Shown piece after piece: positions 1 to 13,507 of a stretch of DNA of 64,000 nucleotides. A model generated the notes under the pieces. The model had not been told where the DNA came from. It saw only the letters and a list, made by a program, of their open reading frames with translations, and did not search any database. Positions within the stretch are counted from its first letter, which is position 1. The number at the start of each line of letters is the position of its first letter. Source of the stretch: Marsupella aquatica (taxonomy: Eukaryota > Plantae > Marchantiophyta); the NCBI GenBank assembly GCA_973895155.1, contig OZ316894.1, positions 14,647,680 to 14,711,679 on the forward strand. The letters are read 5' to 3'. The position numbers and the translations under genes are program-made.

Positions 1-782
1 AACATTTTACACACATATACTGGACAGATCCTTCATCGGGTCATGAGATACGTAGCCGGCCTAATCTAGGCCTTCCCTCGTCTTCCCCTCCGTCTTGTTA
101 GGTATGTTTGGATTCCGCCGCCGGAATGATCCCCAATAGGCTTGGTTAAGCCGCTAAGACCTCTCTCAGCTCGACACATCCAACTCTCACTCCCCTGCTT
201 ACTTTCCTTCCTTCTAGTTGATGTGGGCACTCTTCACACAAGTTAATGCGACACACAAATAGCAAAATCACTCATTCTGACTGAGTCATACCATGCACTT
301 GCCATACAAACAGTACATCTCATACACAAGCTCTGCGAACTAAGCCGTGAGGCCAACTCTATTCAGCTCTTAGGCATGAGGAAACATGAATATACACAAG
401 GGTCACTGTATGACTAACCGAGAGCTTCTTACTACTTGATCCCAACCCGGCTGGTGCAAACTAAAAACTTGCTAAAGAAGAGGCCCTGAGCTCCCCGCTG
501 CCCAGGTACTTATCCTGGTAGTGGATCCGCCATTCTTTGCATCGTAAGCCTAATCTACCTGACAGTAATCTACTTGCCCGGATCTACCTATGTACAGCAA
601 GGCAGGAGCACAAGTGTTGCTCCTACCAGTGGAACCGCAATCCCACTAAGCTATGTGTCAGGGCCGCTCCTGGTCCTGATCCTAATCCTAATCCTAAACT
701 TGGAGATCAGCGCCCGCCCTGCCCACTCACGCCTCCTCCCTCCATGTCCGCCCTTCCTAAAAGGAACGACGCCCTTGCACCG

Positions 783-3750
783 TCACGACACCGGTGGTGG
801 ATCCTCAATGGACGCCCCCAACGCTTCCTCCTCAGCCACTGCCGTAGGTTCGTTTTCTGACAGATTACCTGCCCTTGACTGAGTCAACTCTCCATCGGCC
901 TGACTGGGTCCACCATCGGCGTCGGCATCGGCATCGGCTTGGGAATCATTCTCGGCTACGGCCTCAGCCTCGGCTACAGTTTCCCCGACTTGCTCAAGAG
1001 GCGGATCTGGGATACCGGCCTCATGATTGAGTAGTTCGGCTTGGGCCGCACCCTCCCCACCCTTGGTGATAGCGGGATCTATTGCCGTGTTCATGCCGAA
1101 GGTTGGTGCTGGGTCTACCTTCTTGGTCACCACGGCCAGTGGAGTCGTATTACTCCTTGACCCTGAAGGTTTCCGCTTCTTCTTCTTTTCTGGTTCGGCA
1201 GCTGGTCCCTTCCCCTTCCCACTTACTTCCGGCACTGGTGCAGGTGGCGCGGCTTTTTCTTCGGCCAGTACCACTCCTGGTAACTTGGTTGCCCCAATTG
1301 GAGTTGGGCCTGATGAAGACAAGCACTTAAATACTGCGGCTTGTTTCTTCAGCCGCTCTGTTTGGTTGTCGGCCCGCCGCTGGAGGTTCTCCATCTTCCT
1401 CGTGATTTCCTCCAACTCCTCCTGGGTCTCATCCAGGTCCTTGCGCGCCTCCTCTAGTTCCTTCTGGGCTTCCTCCCGTTCTTTCTTCAAGGTAGCCCTC
1501 TCCTCCCGGGTTGCTCTTAGCTCCTTGTCGAGCTCTGCAATGATGACAGACTCCATCTGATTCATCTTGGCGTAAGTCTGATCGAGCATCTCGTCCTTCT
1601 CCCTTAGGTCGGCCTTGAAGCTGGCCGTCAGGGACGCAAGCTCCTGCTGCAGCGCCATAATCCCTTGATAGGATTTTCCTAACTCGGCCTCCTTCTGCTC
1701 AAGGGCTCCGTGGATTTTCTCGAGCTCCCCCTTCAACGCCCATTCCTTTCTTTGGGTCTCCGCCATGGCCCGACTGTTGGCTGTTATGTGGGCCTCCTCT
1801 GCATTCCTCAGCTCTCGCTTCCACTTCTCCCTCTCTTTGATCGTATCGGCCAACTCTCCCTGTGTCTGAGTCAGTTTATCCTTGATATTCTGATTATCAG
1901 CCTGCGCGGTGTCCAACTGCCCCTACATGATGTTCAGCTCATGCCGTTTAATCCGCAGTTCATCTTGGGCTTTCTTGGCCGCCCTTAGATCTTCAATCTC
2001 GGCTTCCATCCTCCTAAGCCGCCGAATGACCTCGTCCTTCTTGCTTCTCTCTAAAGCCACCGCTTCTTCTAACTGGTGCTTCTCCAACTGCTCCCTATGG
2101 AAAAAGGGTCCTACCTCCAACTCCTCTCCAAAGATGCCGAGCGCAAGTTCCCCACACATCTCACCATACTCCATGGCTCTATTCCTAGCATAGGTGGAGT
2201 AAGTAGAAGTGATCGGCATCGCCCATTGCGGCCTCTGCTCCCAAGCCGTCTTGCGGATCTCTTCAATCGTGGCTAGAGGTTTGCTTCCTTTTTCGGCTAG
2301 CCGCCTGATGTCCTCCGGCCAATCTCCTCCTGGCAAATCCTTTTCTCTAGCCAGGGCTGCCTCCTCTTCCTGCCTAATTCGCTCTTGAAATTCCTGCGCC
2401 GTCTGTTTTATGCCGTCAAAGCTCGGGGGAGCAACATCTGGTGGGGGAGACTCAGGGCTACTCTGCTGGTTGGGGTCCCCTCGTACTACCCTTGGAAGTG
2501 TGGGGACAAACCGGCCACAAGTCCTTACTCCTGGAACGTGATGGTCCGACCCATAGCCGGAGTTATCATGGCTGCAGTCCTCCACTGCCTCCTCTACTTC
2601 TTGGACTTCCGGCTTCTCCCTCTCCTCTTCGTCCGTGGGAGCTTCAGGCAATTCAGCCTCAGATTCAGAGCTTGAGACTCCCACATACATTCGAACACCT
2701 GGCTTGGATTCCGGCCTGATTCTCTCCTTGTCTCCAGCAAAGGGGTTTTCTCTTGTGAGCCGGTGTAGGCCTACCTCTGGAGTAGTGTCCTACATTGTTG
2801 TCATTGTCGTTGTCGTTGCCGATGCCGATCTCTTTTCTTTCTCCAGTAGTTTCAGCAGACTCTGCATGCCTGGTTGCTGCATCGGCAAGTCCTCCTTCCT
2901 TGGCCTAAACACCTGCTTGATTGTAGGGCTAACAGGTGGTTGAGGCTTCTCTGCTACCGGCCTCGGTGCTGGAGCTTCCTCGGGTGCCCTTACCTGCAGG
3001 GGAAGTACTGGGGCAAAAGTCTGACCTCTAGCATACCGGCACAATAGCGGCATGTGATAGCCAAGCCGCGACACGCTCCCCATGCCGATTACCTGCTGCT
3101 CCTCCTTTAAGATTTTCTTCAATTGGTTGAGGAGGTACCCGTTGTAGTCCCGGCTTGGGTCTGGCCTCTCTGCCAGATAAACCTGTGCCTTGCCGATCTC
3201 TGCCCTCGGCAAGTTACAATGCATGGTCACCCGCAAGAAGTCGATCATCTCTCCTATGTGCGGGTTGGTGCAGGTGTTCCGGAAGAAGCCATTCTTCGTT
3301 GATGGCCCGGGGAACGACCGGAACTCCTTGTCAGGCAAGGTCTTCCTAGTATCAACTTTGGTCTTATTGCCTATCGGCAAGCCAAACACTTCGGCAATCA
3401 CTTTGGGAGTAAGATAGAAATCCTTCCCATATATCCTCGTGCAATTGGTCTCGGGTTCCCATGACCCCACGAATTCTAATAGGTCTGACTCCGGTACCTC
3501 CGGCTTCAGCCATGGTAATCTTACAAAGGCCTCTAAGCCGGATCCGGCCATGAAGCCTTGGTACTTCTTGGTCTGCATGGCCGTAAAGCATGCATCCTCC
3601 TCCCGTGCAAAATGTAGTTGCACCTCCACCGGTAGGGTTGCCGCCCAGCCCTTCCAGGTGTCATCCCTGGTTGGAATGGCCTTGATGGGATCAACCTCCT
3701 CCTCTTTGGCTTCTCCCTGCCTCCTGCTCTGCTGTTCGGCTGGCTTCTTT
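783..3750 (-). pseudogene. Long retrotransposon-type accessory ORF (plant-mobile-domain-like N-part, acidic middle, long coiled coil), broken by two in-frame TAG stops and a LINE insertion
   Basis: ORFs 2790..3848, 1923..2690 and 783..1916 share one frame, separated only by TAG at 2790-2792 and 1923-1925. The motif LLEFVGSW...IYGKDFYLTPKVIAEVFGLP resembles Gypsy extra-ORF/plant mobile domain proteins; the C-terminus is E/K-rich heptads. Confidence 0.6.
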
Positions 3751-5006
3751 GGTAATGGTAATGGTAATGTATTATAAGCTCCGGGACCATGAAAGTCAAA
3801 GGAGCTGCCACAAAAAGTAAAGTACAATGCAATCAAAGAAAAGAGCAACCAAAAGAGATTGCTCAGAAGAGGACAACTATGTCCTCAAAGAAACTATGGA
3901 CCTAGAGAGCCCTGAAAGATTTTCCAAACCTATTCTCCTTTCCCTATCCACCGCAAAGATATATCTTCCAAGTTGCTGAGGGGGCAGACCAAACAATGCA
4001 TACAAATCTTTCACCAAGATTTGAGATGCCATCCTAACCCCCTCATAAAACTTGCAAGCAATGAATACATGATATTCATTCTCTATACTAGAGCTATCAC
4101 ATAGTTGACAAACCCTCTTTTTCCTGTCAATATCCTTCCATCTCCCTTGTTCTACTTCAAGGTGGTGTGAGCTTAGTCTATACTGAGCAATAAGTTGTCT
4201 AAGTTGTACTGAGATAGTACTAGATAAGTATTCTTGTTCTCGATAGTTCTTCATGGGGTTCACATCTCTCATGTAGTATTGCTGCCGTGGGCTAGGTTCA
4301 TGCCAAAGTTTGTGCAAAGCCTTTTGCTCAAGTTTTGCTCTTAGCTTGGTTGGGTGTGTTGGCCATTCATGTTCAGGAAAATCCCAAGCATGGGCCCACC
4401 TGCACACATCTGCATACCACCCTTTAGCTGAAGATGAGCGCAAGGCATGAAAAGGAAATCTGTTTTCCTCCAACTCTCTTACACGCATGATGTATTTGAG
4501 TGTGTGGAAGAGTGCCTCCACCTCCAAAGGAAACAAGCCTGCCTCTGCAAGTGTAAGTGCATATGGGGTTTGTGACTTGATCCCAAGCTCCATCTCAAGA
4601 AATAGCTTTTGCAGCCCCTCAATCTGTTGCCACCCAGATTTAGACACACCTGCTCCCCAAATTGGTGCTCCATAAAGAATGTCTGGTTTCACCAAAGCTC
4701 CAAATAGATGTTTCCTTAACCTCCAAGTGTGTAGACCAGCTCTTTTGCATTTGTTCATGAATGCATAAAAAGCTCTGTACCCATTGGCAGCCCTAGATTT
4801 TACACATGAGGCCCAACTCAAGTTTTGAGAGAACTCCACCCCAAGGTATTTGTAGGTCCTCACAAATTCCACCAGATTCCCTTGGAAGTAGAGCTCTGGA
4901 TTTTGTCGTGTGCCAATGCCCAAACACTTGGTCTTCTTGAGGTTGACTACCATCCCTGTTGCTTGACAAAACTCCTCCAAGGCCAAGATGTCTTTGCAAA
5001 GCTTCT
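3751..5006 (-). mobile_element. 5'-truncated RTEX-like LINE, family A (RT thumb, C-terminal CCHC, (TTACCA)n tail)
   Basis: YKYLG motif; YRLSSHHLEVEQGRW...CQLC...ENEYH...C C-terminus; tail GGTAATGGTAATGGTAATG at 3751; near-identical to copies at 11800, 28064 and 62560. Confidence 0.92.
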
Positions 5007-5428
5007 CGTGGTGCCGCCGACCTCGTTCTTTTTGCCGGGGTGGCTTCATCGTTGACGGCTCCCTTCCTCTTCATCTCTGCTGCCGTGGAGGTTTCTCCTA
5101 GCACCGTTGCCTGGGTCCACCTTTCCGTGCTACCCTTCAATTCCCAGTGTATGTCGTTGCAGTTCTTGATGGCCTCTCGGATGCCGACGACGCTGTCTTT
5201 GCAAAACAGAAGATCGTCAAGCTGATTGGAAGTAGGAGTCCACAAGAACTCGTCCTTGATGAGTTCACCTCCTAAGAAAGCCGTCTTTTGCAGCTCCCAC
5301 AATCGAGCGAGCTCCTGCCGTTCTCGAGCTACCCTTTCTGATTCCTCGTCCTCGTAAGTCTTGATGTACTCAGTTGCCCGTTCGAATAGGCATCCCCAGA
5401 AATGTGCTGCTTGATTGACGTTGCTCAT
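5007..5428 (-). pseudogene. Probable N-terminal part of the accessory ORF interrupted by the LINE
   Basis: ORF 4793..5428 starts with ATG at 5428 and runs into the LINE 5' junction; same strand and composition as 783-3750. Confidence 0.45.
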
Positions 5429-5849
5429 ACCCTCCTTAGGTCGATCGTCGATATCTACTCTCTCCCCGAGTGCTTGCCTAAGCAGTTGTCAGTAGTTGGC
5501 CTCCCGTAGTCGTCTGCGTAGTTCGTGCTCACAAATGCGCCACCATCTCTTGCAAGCGCTCCTTACCCCTCTCCTCTTCCGGTCCTTCCTCCCGTTGATC
5601 CTTCCTAGCCGCCGACGCTTAACGCGCCCTAACCCTAATCGAGTTTTCACCCCCAGCGTCCTTACCCCCGGCCTCGGCCCGGGTTCCATAGTCGCCCCTA
5701 ATTGTTTATATTTTCCTTGTTTTGTTCCTATACTAAGGTGTTTCTAGGGTGCATTCCTGCTTTACCCACTTCACTGGCCGTGGTGATTCCTGGCTAGGCA
5801 TCACAAGGTGCGTGGCTCACTAAGGGCCAGGCCTACGACGAAAGGAGAG

Positions 5850-6030
5850 GGGGTGGTTGCAAGAGGGAAGGCTGGCCAAGCAGGACCCTAAAAATTGAGC
5901 ACGAGAGAGGGGTAGTCGCAAGCAACAAAGGCTGGGGGTAGGGTAGTTGCAAGAGGGGAAAGAGTAGTCGCAAAAGGGGAAGGTCGGGAGTAGTCGCAAG
6001 AGGGGAAAAGGGGGTAGTTGCAAGGGATGG
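5850..6030. repeat. Degenerate short tandem array with core GTAGT(T/C)GCAAG
   Basis: About six copies such as gggtagttgcaagagggg and gagtagtcgcaagagggg. Confidence 0.7.
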
Positions 6031-6721
6031 ATCCTGGCCCAAGCAGGGTTGTTGTCGTGGAGCCTAGGAGGACTGGGGTGAAGCGCACCCAATCGCGCCT
6101 CGCCACGTGGCAACCAACCAATGAGGGCCAACATTGGGTTACCTCCTGCGATTAAGTAAACCCAACATACAAAAAGGGGGTCCAGGAAGTAATTTAAATA
6201 GAATGAGGGACAGGTTAGCAATTTTGGCCATTGTGGGGAACAAGTTAGTAAAAAATGGTACAAAGATTTGATTAGAATGTCATCAAAGTACAATTGCTAC
6301 TATACCTTAAATTTATCCCTATTAACTTCTCACTCAATCTTCTAGGTTTAAAGTTGTCTGGGGGTTTGTATGGTGCGAGGAAACAGGAGAAATTGACAGC
6401 GAGGTTATTGTTTGCTAGCAAGGTAAAACTAATGGTCAGAGTGGCAGATTGGGAGGATAGTGAGATTTCTACAACAGAAATGAATCTTTTTCTCGAATGG
6501 GATCATTCCATTTTATGTCTAGCGAGGTCGCTAGCCTTCAATCACTACAAACCATATGAATATACACAAGCAAGTAAAACACCAGGCGGATATGAAAAGG
6601 CATAGTGAATGAATGAACTCAGATTTCAAACCCGGTTCAAATACTGCCTCCAATACTTTGTCAAAACTGACAATAAGTTTGAGTAAATAGTGCAGGGATA
6701 TCCTTCTATTCCCTCAGAAAA

Positions 6722-9700
6722 TCATAAGTCACTTGAATGACTTTCATCGGACTCTATATCATTCCTACTACTAGTATTGCTCTGATCACTGCTGAAATCC
6801 CAATCAATTGACTCAGCAGACTCATCAACATATTGCTTAACAAGGCATGCCTCATCGTCAACAAAAGGCAAGCAATATAAATTTTGTCTGGCACCACGAT
6901 GTGACCTACGACCTTTGCCTTCCCAGGTGACTACAAAAGCATTATCCGACTGAATTGCCGACTTCTCTGCATAGCAAGGCAGAGTAAACGTCTTCTGAGG
7001 AGAAACAATGCAATATTCTTCAATCTTCCTTCAAAGCCAAAATCTCTCTTCCGAAAACCAGTCGAAACGAGTATCTCTGAAATCAGGAAAACAATCAGAG
7101 CACTATGAATGAAATATCCAATCAAAAGACAATAGAAAGCTTCACCAGCCAATTGATTAAAGCAAAGGGATCTGGTATAAGCGAGAGGATCAGTACATTA
7201 CTCCAGGTCAAATTCATCATCGCCATCTTTTGTATCAGGAATATTAGGAGCTCCATCTTTGTTTTTTCCACTCTTTGATCCTGCAAGAGAAAATTCATCA
7301 TCTGAATCGAACTCCTCCAATGTTTCAGTGAGGTCTTCAATTTTCTTGTGTCTCTCAAGAACACTCTTCAATGCCTTCTCTGCAGCACCATGGAGAACAT
7401 CCCTATCCTCGACCCCAACAACGAACCTCCCAAAGAGTTCTCCAGCTGAAAATGAACTACCGCCTCCAATATTCCAATCAAGCACAATGTCTCTATGCTT
7501 TGTGAGAAGCTCCATAACAGCCTGCATGAATCCAACAGACAACCAACAAGAACCGGAAAAAGCTAATTCTGCCCTTGTATCCCTTTTTGGATAACAAAGA
7601 CTCAACATTGTCTTATGTGATGCATCTTCAGACGTTGTCAGAGGGACATACTTCGGGTCTTTTGGGATCTTCCCATTGAATTCAACTCGACAAAAGACAT
7701 CCAGGCTTAAGTTGAAAACCTGGAAAAGAACAAAAAAACCTCAATTAATGAATCCAGGAAGGCCAGCGAGATCGCTGTCAAAACAACCCACTAAATCCTG
7801 AAATTTTCACTCAAATCTCACCTCAATGTTCATGTCTGGCATCCGCATTGGGGACCCCAATAAAACATGGTACTTCCGAAGGTGTTTAAATTTGTTTCTC
7901 TGTTCAACAGCAGCAAAAATTTGCTTTGTGTGGTTAAATTCTCCACTGTGGAGAACGGCCACATACCCATCATCGGACAACATGGGCCTCATCACTCCAA
8001 AGAAATAGTAAGGCAGCTTCTCAACCCAAACATTCCATTGGGGAACTTCCACATCAGTAACACGAGGCCTCAACCCAGTCGGAAGAGCAATGAACCCCAG
8101 ATGGGCACCGGTCCCAGTGTAAGGCTTCCCGTTGATTTTTAAGGGATTTGGGTGTTCGGAAGAACTTGAAATCTCGGCAAGCCATTGATCCCCCTCCCCC
8201 ATCCAAGAAGGTCGAACCTTCTTCATACTTATCGAGTCAGCCGTCAAACGGAGATTACTCTTTGCAAGAAAATGTCTTCTTCCATCCAACTGGAGTCCAT
8301 AGAGCCTCGTCACACCCTCTTGGATTGAAATTTCTTCCTCATCAGAATCTGACAACTCTTGAACCTTTCTCTTCTTCTTCAGCCTCTGGGACCCTAACTT
8401 ATCACCTCCCGGTTTAGTCACAATTTCAAAATCGGGTGACTCAGGCTCAACAAGATCCTCCTGACGACCATTAGTCACAGTCTGAACACTCTCAGAACCC
8501 AAAGACTTCCTCCTTTCTGGATACAAAAAGCAACCTAAGAGCCTCAGGATATGTCATGAACTTAATCAGAATAGCAGCTTGGGAGAGATAATAGAAGTAA
8601 GCTTTGGAGAGATGAGAGTATACTTACTTTTCTTTCCAGAAAGCATAGAGCCGTCTTTTGATACCTCCTTGGCAACATCCCTCTTCAATTTCCGAGGGCG
8701 GCTCCTATCAACAATCGGTGCCACCCCGAGGCATGCCTGCTCCATCGACACACAGCCAGCAATTTCTACTTCCGGGTTGCACAATTTAGATTCACTAATA
8801 AAATATTCTGGGACCAAGCCACGATTGATCTTTTGAAGCGCAGCTTTCTCTGTCACATCAAATGTCAGTGACCAATTCTCCGAATCTAAATACCAGGGAC
8901 AATGCAGCACCTCCCATTCACTTATCTTCCGCAAGGGTTCAATGTCCTCAATAGGGTACATCGAGTACTCCCCAAACTTCTCACAACCGGAATCATCTCT
9001 TGCATATTGCGCCCATTGAGAGAAACATGCCGGATAACACCACCAAAAAGATCTATTTGCCACCTCGCGATCAACAAAAAACCTGTAAACATACCTTTTT
9101 GCCCTTCGTTGAAAAGCAGCAATGTCAATCTTTTCCCCAACTTTCGGGTTCCAGATGCTCTTAAAGAACCTTACCTTAACCCGCTGCAGGAAATCCTCAA
9201 AGTCATCATCAATTTCAACGAGGGATGCTTGACTATTCTCTGGGGAAGAAAGAATTCTACATTCAGGGAGAATAATCTCAGAGATTGCTTCACTTAACAA
9301 GCACCTCGCAATGGACTCTACCTGTTCCCAGGTTTCCCATCGATGCAACCAGAGCTTGGTCTCACTATCCGAAAATTGAGATGGGTGGAAATATTGTTTA
9401 CGCAACTCTGGTCTGCACTGTGCTTTGAGAAGAGTGCAACAAAGTTGTGGACTCACAGAAGTTACCCCGGTGAAAAGCCTTGCACGATCAAGGCCACACG
9501 AAACATTCCCTCTCCCCTTATCATCCGTCCGCTGAGCTTCCTTCCTTTCTTTCTCACAATAATTGTGCATCTCAACACATTTCTTGAAGAAATCCCCAAA
9601 GTCTGGATTCAGAAGCGGGGCAAACTTTGGAACTTTGACATTCCAGTCAGAGAGTTGCTCCTTCATCATATCTCAAATGGCAATATCCTTAGCAGCTTTG

Positions 9701-10770
9701 GACAGAGGTTCACCAAGTTCCTCCTTCAATGCAAACTTCTTGAGTAAGTCAGCAGTTTGCGAAGCTATGTTTGCAGCTGAAAGAATATAGATGCATGCAT
9801 CTAAGGTCATTTGCTTCAAATACCAAGATGGCTTCTTCACATTTTGCATCTTCTGCTGAAATAACTTGAAATTCTCTGGATCAATTAAATCTTTGTAAAC
9901 TGAGAGGTCTGTGCGCAAAATCTTCTGGACCCGATCAGCTTCGAGCACCCACGAATTTTCAACATGGCATTGTGTCAACCTGCCATTGAGGATAGAATTC
10001 AGCAAATAGCAAGAACAAATCATGCTCGAAAATGAAGCAAAAACATCAAATGTGTCAAAGATCTTCTCACCGGTTGAGAGCATGCATCGCAGATTCAATC
10101 TGCACGAAAGTATCCTTCTCTCCTTTGAATATCTTCGAGACAACTCGAGGATGATATTTGACATCGTGAAGATTCTCAACAGCGAGTAGGTTCCACGAAT
10201 AGAGAGTGTGATTGCCATCGAATACACAAAACATTTTATCCTTGAGCACAGCAAAATCAGGATGCGAATCACCTCCCTCTCGAAAGCTTCATTCTGTGCC
10301 AACCACATTGGATCCCAGCTCTGTCTAATTGTGTCATTCAGAAACTGCACGTCCCCATTCTCATTGGTCATTTGCACATAAAAACGAGGCGCGTCCTCAA
10401 TGTACCCTTGAGCCCGGAACTCATTCTTCAAAGTCTCAATTGCATTCGAATCTGTCTGAAGAGACCTTACAAGCTGCATGTTCTGCATGCGACACAATGG
10501 AATTCGAGGGGGAACAAGAGGATACCCAAATTTGTTCGGCCCAAACTGGTAAAGGTGCCGGTTAATGACAACTGAGAAAGGCTCGGACTTGGCAGAATCC
10601 ATCGAAGGGGGCACAATATCCATGGGATCAACAAGCTTTCGCCTCCTTGGAGTCTTCAGCCCCGAAGCAAGTGCTTTGTGGCTCATAGAACTCCTGGTCT
10701 CTCGACGTTGAGAGGCAGCTGATTGTGAGGCAACGGACAAAATAGACTCAGGGGATGCAAAAGTTGCCAT
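6722..10770 (-). pseudogene. Five-exon ParB/Srx-like plus N4/N6 DNA-methyltransferase-like fusion gene, copy 1
   Basis: Exons about 10770-10071, 9979-8628, 8516-7822, 7719-7202 and 7075-6722 with GT-AG introns. ParB-like IPLCRM..VRSL...IETLKNEF..QGY...VFDGNH; MTase-like LLTKHRDIVLDWNIGGGSSF...FVVGVE. Frameshifts and stops present. Confidence 0.8.
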
Positions 10771-11799
10771 CAACTGATAAAGAGAGGAGAACCACGTGAA
10801 AGGAATGCAAGGAATTGGTACGGTTATTTGCAAAGGAATCCAAAGTCACATGTGTTAGGAATCCAAAGCAAGATTTCAGGGGAATCCAAAGCAACCCATT
10901 CTATGGTGTATCTGACATTGACAGGGAATATCAGTATTTAACACCTTCATGCCAAAGATCTGTCAATGAGAGCTATACAAATGTTAATCCCACCGGTGCT
11001 AATTAACGTTAACAAAGCACCAGTTAACGTTAACAAGGAGTCTAATTACTACTTACCAACAACTCGGTCAGATGAAATATACATTTGACTCCAACAGTTG
11101 GAGTCAATTACTCTCTAGTTGACCAACTTGGGTTGGGTATCCGTTGAAAGTAACCATTCTCCAAAATAACAAAATATGCCGATGGAAGTATGAACCAAAG
11201 TTTTTATAACATTTACACTTCAAAATGAAGTTAACCCTTCCAACGGTAATATAATTTTGACTGATTATGGGTCTTGTTGAGGCCAAAATGGACAAACTCC
11301 ATACTTTGTTTGAGACAAGTATTTAGACAGTTTTTTGCCAGCGATATCGCTGGCCAAATCACTGCTAATGGGGTAGGTTAAAAGTGAGGTGGGGTTATTT
11401 GAAATGATCCCTTCATTCTTTCCTAAATTCTTTCCTAACTTCTTCAAACCGTCAACTAATAGCCCAATGTTGCATGTGTAAACTATACTAATAGCCCATA
11501 TATTTGTTTCTATATCCCTCAATTGAACCCCAAAATCAAATAATAGTTTACCCTAAATTGGTGCTTCAGGCTAGCGATATCGCTGGCCTAATTCAGGGTT
11601 TTCAGAGGTTTATTTTATGGGACATCTCAGAATCCTCTACCCTGTTAATGTCAATTTGTAAGTGGAAATCATATTTAAGAATCACTAAAATATAGATGGT
11701 TGAAGATTAGAGTCTCCCTTAAAGAAAGAAAAGTTACCTAAATTATGTCTAGCGAGGTCACTAGCAAAAACTGTTGTTTAACACAAAGCTCCAAGGCTA

Positions 11800-12964
11800 G
11801 GCACACGACAAAATCCAGAGCTCTACTTCCAAGGGAATCTGGTGGAATTTGTGAGGACCTACAAATACCTTGGGGTGGAGTTCTCTCAAAACTTGAGTTG
11901 GGCCTCATGTGTAAAATCTAGGGCTGCCAATGGGTACAGAGCTTTTTATGCATTCATGAACAAATGCAAAAGAGCTGGTCTACACACTTGGAGGTTAAGG
12001 AAACATCTCTTTGGAGCTTTGGTGAAACCAGACATTCTTTATGGAGCACCAATTTGGGGAGCAGGTGTGTCTAAATCTGGGTGGCAACAGATTGAGGGGC
12101 TGCAAAAGCTATTTCTTGAGATGGAGCTTGGGATCAAGTCACAAACCCCATATGCACTTACACTTGCAGAGGCAGGCTTGTTTCCTTTGGAGGTGGAGGC
12201 ACTCTTCCACACACTCAAATACATCATGCGTGTAAGAGAGTTGGAGGAAAACAGATTTCCTTTTCATGCCTTGCGCTCATCTTCAGCTAAAGGGTGGTAT
12301 GCAGATGTGTGCAGGTGGGCCCATGCTTGGGATTTTCCTGAACATGAATGGCCAACACACCCAACCAAGCTAAGAGCAAAACTTGAGCAAAAGGCTTTGC
12401 ACAAACTTTGGCATGAACCTAGCCCACGGCAGCAATACTACATGAGAGATGTGAACCCCATGAAGAAATATCGAGAACAAGAATACTTATCTAGCACTAT
12501 CTCAGTACAACTTAGACAACTTATTGCTCAGTATAGACTAAGCTCACACCACCTTGAAGTAGAACAAGGGAGATGGAAGGATATTGACAGGAAAAAGAGG
12601 GTTTGTCAACTATGTGATAGCTCTAGTATAGAGAATGAATATCATGTATTCATTGCTTGCAAGTTTTATGAGGGGGTTAGGATGGTATCTCAAATCTTGG
12701 TGAAAGATTTGTATGCATTGTTTGGTCTGCCCCCTCAGCAACTTGGAAGATATATCTTTGCGGTGGATAGGGAAAGGAGAATAGGTTTGGAAAATCTTTC
12801 AGGGCTCTCTAGGTCCATAGTTTCTTTGAGGACATAGTTGTCCTCTTCTGAGCAATCTCTTTTGGTTGCTCTTTTCTTTGATTGCATTGTACTTTACTTT
12901 TTGTGGCAGCTCCTTTGACTTTCATGGTCCCGGAGCTTATAATACATTACCATTACCATTACCA
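11800..12964 (+). mobile_element. 5'-truncated RTEX-like LINE, family A
   Basis: ORF 11842..12837 is nearly identical to the other family A copies; 3' UTR then (TTACCA)x3. Confidence 0.92.
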
Positions 12965-13243
12965 ATAATCCTTTACTTTACCCCAAGTATACTCCAAGTT
13001 CAGTAAACATCCTACTACAGCCCAAGCTATCCTTGTTATCAACATTAAATAGGCAATTTTTGGAAAATTACCAGATATAACTTTGGATGACAAGGACCTC
13101 TTTATAATAGCAAATTTAGGCCAGCAATATCGCTAGCAATAATTCATTTCTTGAAGGTTAATGAGCCGTTGAAGTTTTGTTGTATATGCAACGTTAAACT
13201 GGCATTCCATTTATTCTAAACTTTATTGTCCTAATATTATTCT

Positions 13244-13500
13244 ATGGTAATGGTAATGGTAATGGTAATGTATTATAAGCTCCGGGACCATGAAAGTCAA
13301 AGGAGCTGCCACAAAAAGTAAAGTACAATGCAATCAAAGAAAAGAGCAACCAAAAGAGATTGCTCATGGCTAAGTTCATGCCATAGTTGTCCTCTTCTGA
13401 GCAATCTCTTTTGGTTGCTCTTTTCTTTGATTGCATTGTACTTTACTTTTTGTGGCAGCTCCTTTGACTTTCATGGTCCCGGAGCTTATAATACATTACC
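13244..13500. repeat. Inverted (head-to-head) pair of family A LINE 3' ends
   Basis: 13244-13366 is the minus-strand 3' UTR plus tail; 13382-13500 is the plus-strand 3' UTR plus short tail; about 15 nt of filler between. Confidence 0.9.
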
Positions 13501-13507
13501 CAATCCA

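Noticed and set aside
3877-5049. 390-aa ORF as an intact gene (likewise 2790..3848, 28040..29362, 54399..55376)
   Set aside because: Their termini are chance read-through across insertion junctions.
6150-6300. Left terminus of the copy 1 element
   Set aside because: GGGACAGGTTAG-like repeats are suggestive, but no matching right end, TSD or transposase is present.
13244-13500. miRNA gene
   Set aside because: Both arms are LINE 3' UTR sequence; no independent evidence for a miRNA.
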